DNA from: Anaerolineae bacterium | GTDB lineage: Bacteria; Chloroflexota; Anaerolineae; Epilineales; JAHCIE01 | Assembly (NCBI GenBank): GCA_046328535.1 | Contig: JAXLWJ010000010.1 | Coordinates: 25,552-89,551 of the forward strand | DNA length: 64,000 nt | Reading direction: 5' to 3' | Shown: positions 58,366-64,000 of the stretch, in pieces | Layout of the letters: the number at the start of each line of letters is the position of its first letter | Numbering within the stretch: the stretch's first letter is position 1 | Position numbers and translations under genes: made by a program | Notes under the pieces: model-generated | What the model was told of the DNA's origin: nothing | What the model saw: only the letters and a program-made list of their open reading frames with translations | Databases searched by the model: none

Positions 58366-60489
58366 TCATGCCGGGGCCGCGATGGCCTGGCGGTAGACCG
58401 CCAGCGTCTGCCGCGCCGTCTCGCGCCACGAAAGCTCACTCGCGCGCGCCAGGCCGCGCTCGCGCATCTGGCCGGCGAGCGGCCGGTCACTCACCACGGC
58501 GGTGAGCGCGTCGGCCAGCTCGCCGACGGACAGCGGGTCTACCGTGAGCGCGGCGTCGCCGGCCACCTCGGCCAGCGACCCGGCCCGCGTGGTGACGACC
58601 GGCGTCCCGCACGCCATCGCCTCGATGACCGGCAGGCCGAAGCCCTCGTAGAGCGAGGGGAACGCGAACACCTCGGCCATGTTGTAGAGGCTAACCAGGT
58701 CGTCCGATGGGACGTAGCCGAGGAAGTGGACATCGCCGCCCACGCCGAGCGCCGCGATGCGCTCATACAGCGCCTTGTAGTCCCAGCCGAGCTTGCCGAC
58801 GAGGAGCATCTGATGCGGCAGGCCCGCCGCCCGCAAGCGGGCGTAGGCTTCGACGAGCCGGACGAGGTTCTTGCGCGGCTCGATGGTGCCGACATAGAGA
58901 ATATAGCGCCCATGCAGCCCGTAGCGCTGTCGCGTTGCGGCGACCTGGGCGGTGGAGACAGGCTGGAAGCGGGCGGCGGCCGCCTCGTAGATGACATGCA
59001 CCTTGCTCTCGGGTACACCCAGCAAGCGCACGATATCGGCCCTGGCGCTGTGGGACACGGCGATAATCGCCGCCGCCCGCCGCGCGATCATCGGCACGAA
59101 CGGCCGCATGACAACGTGCTGCCGCATGGGGTGGAGGCGCGGAAAGAGCGACAGCGTCATGTCGTGGATCGTGACGACGAACGGCGTCTGGCACGACAGC
59201 GGGGCGGTGAAGTTGGTGAAATGGCACAGCACCGGCTGCTCGGCGCGCAGGGCGGCCGGCAGCACCATGTGCATCCAGATGCTGCGGTTGGGGAAGGCGT
59301 AGCGCGGCGAGAGGCGGCGGCCGGCCGCCTCGCCTTCGACGCTGCGGTTCGAGAGGAGCAGATAGTCATGCTCCGCGTCTTCTTCGACAAGGTGCGCGAG
59401 CAGGTTGCTGGTATAGTAGCCGACGCCGGACTTCGCGCCCCGCAGCGTCGTCGCGTCGAAGCCAATCGTCGGGCGGCGCGGCGCGGCGTGGGGCGCGATA
59501 CCGTTCGCGGGGCGCGGCGTGACCGGAACCGCCGTCTCAAGCTCCGAGGGAAGAGCGTCATTCGTGAGGCCGTAGCGGGTGAGGCGGGCGGTGTAGGCGG
59601 CGAGGATGCGGCGGCCGTGGCCGTCGAAGTGGCCTTTGCAGCAGTCAGGCGACAGCACGATCGTGTCGGCGTGGGCGGGGGCTTCACGTTTGAGCTGCGC
59701 GATCTTGCGCCGCTGAATCCACTGCTCGGCGCGAGCGCCCCACCGACCGCCGAGGAATCGCTCGCCGGCTGTCTTGAGCCGCGCGCGGACCGGCCCCAGG
59801 TGGTCGCTCGCGTTGGGCGGCTGTGCGTCTCGCGCCTGGGGCAGATAGGCGTCCGCCCAGCTATTCGCGTCGCGCATCTGCTGGTGGACGCGACGACCAT
59901 AGACCGGCGTCATCTGCGCCAGCTCGCGGGCGGTGAACAGGTTGCGCTCGTCCAGCGACAAGCGCGTCTCGGCGAGCAGGTAGTTGGGGCAGAGGCGTTG
60001 GCGTCTCAGGGCGGCCACGCGCACGACGGTCGTGGTCAGCGCGCGCGCCAGCCACAGGCGTCCCGGCGCGGTCACCAGGAGGTAGTCAATGTCGTCGCCG
60101 GGCGTCGGGGCGCCGGCGGCGAGAGCGCCGGTGACGATGACCGATCGGACGAAGGGGAGGCTGCCAAGCACGTTGCCCCAGCGACGAGCGGTCGGCCAGA
60201 GCGCCGCCGCCGCCTGATCGCGCGCGCGGCGCCGCGCGACGATGCCCTCGCGGCCCGTCAGGCAGTAGAAGCCATCGCGTGACGCGATCCGCTCGGCCAG
60301 CCACGCGTCGCCCACCAGGGCGGCATGGACGGCCTCGGCGGTCGTCGCCTCGCCGATCAGATAGTGGGCAATCTCGGCCTCATTCAGAGGAAAGTCGAAG
60401 ATGTCGGCATAGAGCAGGGTCTTCAGAATCGCCACGCCCAGCGACGTGGCGCTCTCGGCTGGCCGTGTCAAAGCGACCTCCCCGCACAA
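58366..60489 (-). CDS. Fusion protein: nucleotidyltransferase-fold-like N-terminal domain plus GT4 glycosyltransferase
   Basis: The N-terminal ~330 aa contain GALAAGAPTPGDDIDYLLV (G...DxD-type motif). The C-terminal half has PSLYEGFGLPVIEAMACGTPVV (E-x7-E). Start is uncertain (TTG 60489 or GTG 60435). Confidence 0.7.
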   Translation of the reverse strand: MCGEVALTRPAESATSLGVAILKTLLYADIFDFPLNEAEIAHYLIGEATTAEAVHAALVGDAWLAERIASRDGFYCLTGREGIVARRRARDQAAAALWPTARRWGNVLGSLPFVRSVIVTGALAAGAPTPGDDIDYLLVTAPGRLWLARALTTTVVRVAALRRQRLCPNYLLAETRLSLDERNLFTARELAQMTPVYGRRVHQQMRDANSWADAYLPQARDAQPPNASDHLGPVRARLKTAGERFLGGRWGARAEQWIQRRKIAQLKREAPAHADTIVLSPDCCKGHFDGHGRRILAAYTARLTRYGLTNDALPSELETAVPVTPRPANGIAPHAAPRRPTIGFDATTLRGAKSGVGYYTSNLLAHLVEEDAEHDYLLLSNRSVEGEAAGRRLSPRYAFPNRSIWMHMVLPAALRAEQPVLCHFTNFTAPLSCQTPFVVTIHDMTLSLFPRLHPMRQHVVMRPFVPMIARRAAAIIAVSHSARADIVRLLGVPESKVHVIYEAAAARFQPVSTAQVAATRQRYGLHGRYILYVGTIEPRKNLVRLVEAYARLRAAGLPHQMLLVGKLGWDYKALYERIAALGVGGDVHFLGYVPSDDLVSLYNMAEVFAFPSLYEGFGLPVIEAMACGTPVVTTRAGSLAEVAGDAALTVDPLSVGELADALTAVVSDRPLAGQMRERGLARASELSWRETARQTLAVYRQAIAAPA

Positions 60490-60639
60490 ACTGGGTCACG
60501 TCGCACGCTGTGGGGAGTGGGGGTGAGTGGCGCGGCGATGTGTCGGAGGCGTAACTGCTATGTCCATTACTACGGCCCCGCCGCCGACTTGGATTTCGGA
60601 GTTGCGCCGCAGTTTGCCGTGGAAGAGCCTATCGTGCGG

Positions 60640-60695
60640 GCGCTGGAGAGCCATCTCCAGCGCCTCCCAGAGGCGGCGGAGTTGTCACTCCACGC
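60640..60695 (-). repeat. Double-hairpin repeat element, copy C (inverted orientation)
   Basis: H2 gcgctggagaGCCAtctccagcgc at 60640-60663, then H1-like gcggagtTGTCactccac at 60676-60695. Confidence 0.75.
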
Positions 60696-60782
60696 CCAAC
60701 TGCGGAGCTAGCAACGCGAAGGCCCTGGCAGTCGTTGAACCACCAGGGCCTCGCGGTATGTGCGGCGCGTGCGCTTGAGGAT

Positions 60783-61013
60783 TTACTTGGCCTTGGCCTT
60801 CGGGGCGGGCTTGGGCGCAGCGGTCTGCTTCTTCAGCACCGGCAACCCCGTCGCCGTCTCGGACACTTCGTACCCCTCCGGAACTTTGTCGAGCGAGCCT
60901 TCGCCTGCCTCGCCAGAGAAGAAGTACAGCGTGCGCTTCCCGCTCGCCGTCTCCGTCGTCCGCGCGTGCAGATGATATGTCTTGCCCTTGCTATTCTTGT
61001 ACGTGAATGCCAC
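60783..61013 (-). CDS. Small basic protein with Lys/Ala/Pro-rich tail, function unknown
   Basis: 76 aa, MAFTYKNSKGKTYHLHARTT...LPVLKKQTAAPKPAPKAKAK. Strong AAGGAGG ribosome-binding site 6 nt before the ATG. Coding-like codon usage. Confidence 0.65.
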   Translation of the reverse strand: MAFTYKNSKGKTYHLHARTTETASGKRTLYFFSGEAGEGSLDKVPEGYEVSETATGLPVLKKQTAAPKPAPKAKAK

Positions 61014-61131
61014 GGTCGCCTCCTTGCTTAATGCAGATAATCGAGCTTGCCAACCACCCGTTCCGAAGCCTTCCCATCCTTACGCTATATTATACCATAT
61101 GTAGTCAAGCGCCGCATATTGGACACTAGTC

Positions 61132-63261
61132 CTAGTATTCGCGCCCGGACTTGCCCCCGCGCAGGCCCCGCGCCGAGTTGCCCAGCACCACCAGGTCGGG
61201 CAGTGACTGCAACGCCGCCGCCAGAACCGGCGGCAGGAAGCCGAACGCGGCCAGGGTGACGCCGGCGACGTTGTAGATAGCGGCGAAGCCGAGGTTCTGG
61301 CGGATCAGGCGCGCGGCTTGCTTGCCAATCGCCAGGGCCTCCGGCGCGAGCCGCCAGTCGGCCCGCATCAGCGCGACGTCGGCGGCGGCCAGCGCCACGT
61401 CCGACGCCGCCGCGCCGAGGGCGATGCCCACATCGGCCTGGGCCAGGGCGGGCGCGTCGTTGACGCCGTCACCGATCATGGCGACCACGCGGCCCGCCGC
61501 CTGCATCTCTTTCACGATGCGAATCTTGTCCTCGGGCAGCAGCTCGGCCTGATAGTCTACGCCCAGCTCCTCGGCCAGGGACGCGGCGGCGGCGCGGCGG
61601 TCGCCGGTCAGAATGGCGATGTGGCCCACGCCGATGCGGCGCAGCTCCGCCAGGGACTCGGCCACGCCGGCGCGCAAGGTGTCCGATGTCGCCAGCAGCC
61701 CCACGATTTCGCCATCTTCGGCGAGCCAGAATGTTGATTTACCCGCCCTCTCCAGAGCATCTGCCGTGCCAACGTATCGGGCCGGGTCGCTGCCCGCGTC
61801 GGCGAGCATGCGGCGCGTGCCGAGCGTCATCTGGCGCCCCTCGACCGTGCCGCTAACCCCGCGCCCGGCCTCGCTGCGGAGGGCGGCGGCGGGTTGGACC
61901 GGCAGGCCGCGCTGCTGGGCGGCGCGCACGACGGCGGCGGCGATAGGGTGCTCGGACAGGCTCTCCAGGGCGGCGGCGCGGCGCAGGATGTCGTCGGCCG
62001 TCGCGCCGTTGAGGGGGACGATGTCCGTGACGGTCGGCGCGCCCAGGGTGAGGGTGCCGGTCTTGTCTATCAGCACGGTGTCCACCTTCGCCAGCGCCTC
62101 CAGCACCGCGCCGCCCTTGATGAGGATGCCCTGCTTGGCGGCGCGGCCGACGCTGGCGAGGACGACCACCGGCGTGGCGATGGCGATGGAGCACGTGCAG
62201 GTGACGACGAGGACGGCGACCATGGCGCTGACGCTCTGGCTAAAGACCCACGTCAGGCCGGCGACGATGGCGACGAAGGGCAGGTAGTAGGCGGTGAAGC
62301 GGTCGGCGAGGCGCTGCACCGGCGCTTTGGCGCTCTCGGCCTCCTCGACGAGTCGGACCACTTTGCCGAAGGTGGTGTCGGCGCCGACGCGGCGGACGCG
62401 GACGGTGAGCGAGCCTTGCGCCGTCAGCGTCGCGGCCAGGACGTCGTCGCCGGCCCCGCGCTCGATCGGCGTCGCTTCGCCGGTAATGGCGGCCTGGTTG
62501 ACCGCCGCCTGCCCATCGAGGACGACGCCGTCGGCGGGAATCGTCTCGCCGGGGCGGACGACGATGATGTCGCCCGGCGTCAGGCTGTCGGCGTCCACGT
62601 CCACCAGCGCGCCGTCCCGCTGCACGTGGGCCACGCGCGGGGCCAGGCGCGTCAGGGAGCGCACGGCCTCGCGGGAGCGGTCTGTGGTGTAGGATTCGAT
62701 GGCGTCGCCGACACGCATCAGGAGGACGAGGATGACGGCCGTCGCGCCCTCGCCGGCGAATGCGGCCGCCAGGACGCCGACGGTCATGAGGGTGTGGGCG
62801 GTGACGCGGCCCGACCGGGCGGCGAGGGCGACGTTGCGGAAGATGGGCCAGCCGCCGACCAGGAGCACGGCGGCCAGGATCGGCCAGGGGATGCCGGTCA
62901 GAGCGACATCCAGCACGCCGAGGCGCTCCCCGACCACCAGGAGCAACATGATGCCGACGACGACGCCCAGCACTACCCAGCCGGCGAGGCGCGCGACGCG
63001 GGCCGTCGCCTGCTGCGTCTGCGACGTCGCCGTTCCGACGCGGTAGCCCGCCCGCGCCACGGCCGCCGCCAACGCCGCCTCGTCTGCCTGGCGCGGGTCG
63101 TACTCGACCTCGGCGCGCTCGGCGGCGAGGAGGACGGCGGCGCGGCGCACCCCCGGCACCGACGCCAGGGCGTGCTCGACGTGGGCGGCGCATTCGGCGC
63201 AGTCCATGCCTTCGATGCGCAGGTCAATGCGCTGGAGATCGAGGCTCCTCTGTCCGTTCAT
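61132..63261 (-). CDS. Heavy-metal-translocating P1B-type ATPase with one N-terminal HMA domain
   Basis: GMDCAECAAHV (CxxC), DKTGTLT, GDGVNDAPAL and TGD motifs. The membrane metal motif reads VVTCTCSIAIATP instead of CPC. Confidence 0.88.
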   Translation of the reverse strand: MNGQRSLDLQRIDLRIEGMDCAECAAHVEHALASVPGVRRAAVLLAAERAEVEYDPRQADEAALAAAVARAGYRVGTATSQTQQATARVARLAGWVVLGVVVGIMLLLVVGERLGVLDVALTGIPWPILAAVLLVGGWPIFRNVALAARSGRVTAHTLMTVGVLAAAFAGEGATAVILVLLMRVGDAIESYTTDRSREAVRSLTRLAPRVAHVQRDGALVDVDADSLTPGDIIVVRPGETIPADGVVLDGQAAVNQAAITGEATPIERGAGDDVLAATLTAQGSLTVRVRRVGADTTFGKVVRLVEEAESAKAPVQRLADRFTAYYLPFVAIVAGLTWVFSQSVSAMVAVLVVTCTCSIAIATPVVVLASVGRAAKQGILIKGGAVLEALAKVDTVLIDKTGTLTLGAPTVTDIVPLNGATADDILRRAAALESLSEHPIAAAVVRAAQQRGLPVQPAAALRSEAGRGVSGTVEGRQMTLGTRRMLADAGSDPARYVGTADALERAGKSTFWLAEDGEIVGLLATSDTLRAGVAESLAELRRIGVGHIAILTGDRRAAAASLAEELGVDYQAELLPEDKIRIVKEMQAAGRVVAMIGDGVNDAPALAQADVGIALGAAASDVALAAADVALMRADWRLAPEALAIGKQAARLIRQNLGFAAIYNVAGVTLAAFGFLPPVLAAALQSLPDLVVLGNSARGLRGGKSGREY

Positions 63262-63305
63262 GCCTGGTCAAAGCCCTTCAGTAAGCGTTGCACTGTTCCG
63301 CTCAC

Positions 63306-63360
63306 GGTGGAGTTGTCACTCCACCGTCGGGCGGGGGGCGCTGGAGAGGCTCTCCCGCGC
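63306..63360. repeat. Double-hairpin repeat element, copy D (variant)
   Basis: H1 ggtggagtTGTCactccacc at 63306-63325 and a degenerate H2 gcgctggagaggctctcccgcgc at 63338-63360. Confidence 0.7.
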
Positions 63361-63399
63361 CGGCAGGAGTGGCACACCATTGGGGCAAAGTTCATCCGT

Positions 63400-63954
63400 T
63401 CACGCGACGCCGGGCGGGGCGACGGGGGCCGTCGCGCCCGCGATGTCGTCCTCTTTCAGGTCATCATCGTCGGGTGACGGCCCGCCGGGCTGATACGCCG
63501 TCACGAGCACAGTCAGGGTCAGCGTGCGAAACGTCGGGTTGAGCTTGCCGGGACGAAAATCGCAGGTGATCACCTGGGCGGTCAGGCGCAGGTGGGCGGT
63601 CTCCATGATGAGCGGCTGCCCCATCGCTTCGACATTGACCGCCGGCTTATACCAATCGTTTTCGAGCCGGTTGACCAACTCAGCCGTAATCGGGTCGCGG
63701 GCGGCCTGGGCGCTGACCAGGATGACTTTCTTGGTGCGATCCGAGGTCTCGTAGAGGCTCAGTTCCAGCCCGGTCGGCGCGCCGGTGTTCGGGTCGCGCA
63801 CCGGAATCTCGGACACGTGCAGCGCGACGTCGCCGATGCCGTGGCGCGTGGCGTCTATGATGCGCAGGTCCTGGCGGAAGTTCTCGATGTCGGCGGAGTA
63901 CCGCATCTCGACGGGGCTGTCCAGCGCGATATACGTCGCGGGCGCGGGGCGCAT
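63400..63954 (-). CDS. Hypothetical protein (frame remains open upstream to the window edge)
   Basis: 184-aa ORF with coding-like composition and an acidic/Pro-rich tail. There is no stop between ATG 63954 and position 64000, so the true start may lie outside the window. Confidence 0.5.
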   Translation of the reverse strand: MRPAPATYIALDSPVEMRYSADIENFRQDLRIIDATRHGIGDVALHVSEIPVRDPNTGAPTGLELSLYETSDRTKKVILVSAQAARDPITAELVNRLENDWYKPAVNVEAMGQPLIMETAHLRLTAQVITCDFRPGKLNPTFRTLTLTVLVTAYQPGGPSPDDDDLKEDDIAGATAPVAPPGVA

Positions 63955-64000
63955 GCCCCCGCGACGCGAGGCGGGCGGCAGCGGTTCCTGCGCGGAGGCG

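Noticed and set aside
58357-60282. 641-aa plus-strand ORF
   Set aside because: Antisense to the nucleotidyltransferase-GT4 fusion gene.
60490-60782. Small ORFs (e.g. 60527-60778 plus) as possible RiPP precursor upstream of the radical SAM genes
   Set aside because: These ORFs run through the double-hairpin repeat, lack ribosome-binding sites and have off-frame-like composition. No leader/core-like peptide was seen anywhere in 46580-60782.
61894-63477. 527-aa plus-strand ORF
   Set aside because: Antisense to the P-type ATPase.

Overview
GC-rich bacterial chromosomal window: strong G/C bias at third codon positions, many GTG/TTG starts, and many 4-nt ATGA/GTGA gene overlaps. Two F420-type enzymes and the overall gene content suggest a Chloroflexota- or Actinomycetota-like organism. 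The taxon cannot be fixed from this sequence. I support about 55 protein-coding genes and no rRNA, tRNA, CRISPR array, transposase or integrase. The window has four blocks. (1) 1-10976: an edge-truncated secreted cupredoxin/repeat protein, assorted redox enzymes, citrate synthase, a Uma2 nuclease and a histidine phosphatase. (2) 11007-18982: an acyl-CoA beta-oxidation-like cluster with three ACADs (two forming an alpha/beta-type pair), a MaoC hydratase and an SDR next to a degenerate SDR paralogue. (3) 19501-41135: housekeeping and miscellaneous genes, including tkt plus a CbbY-like HAD, sthA, a toxin-antitoxin pair, a cell-wall amidase, a split Tm-1-like pair, gyrB, DinB, a di-haem peroxidase, prpC-prpD, an SDR remnant and an aldo/keto reductase. 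(4) 41354-60489: the most unusual region. Two O-antigen-ligase-like membrane proteins and a flippase (plus strand) converge on a ten-gene, translationally coupled minus-strand operon. That operon encodes four cobalamin-type radical SAM enzymes in two alternating subfamilies, one radical SAM enzyme with a SPASM/twitch-like Cys motif, a two-domain methyltransferase fusion, a further methyltransferase, two GT4 glycosyltransferases and a nucleotidyltransferase-GT4 fusion. After it come a small Lys-rich protein, a P1B ATPase with a Pro-less CTC membrane motif, and an unassigned ORF that stays open to the window edge. Intergenic DNA carries several families of structured repeats: a double-hairpin element (5 copies), a ~150-nt multi-hairpin element (2 copies), purine-rich tandem-repeat hairpins, and a GAAGTCGGCGCTAC-type palindrome. 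One palindromic element is inserted in frame inside a membrane-protein gene. All functional calls come from reading the translated motifs by eye. No database search was run.
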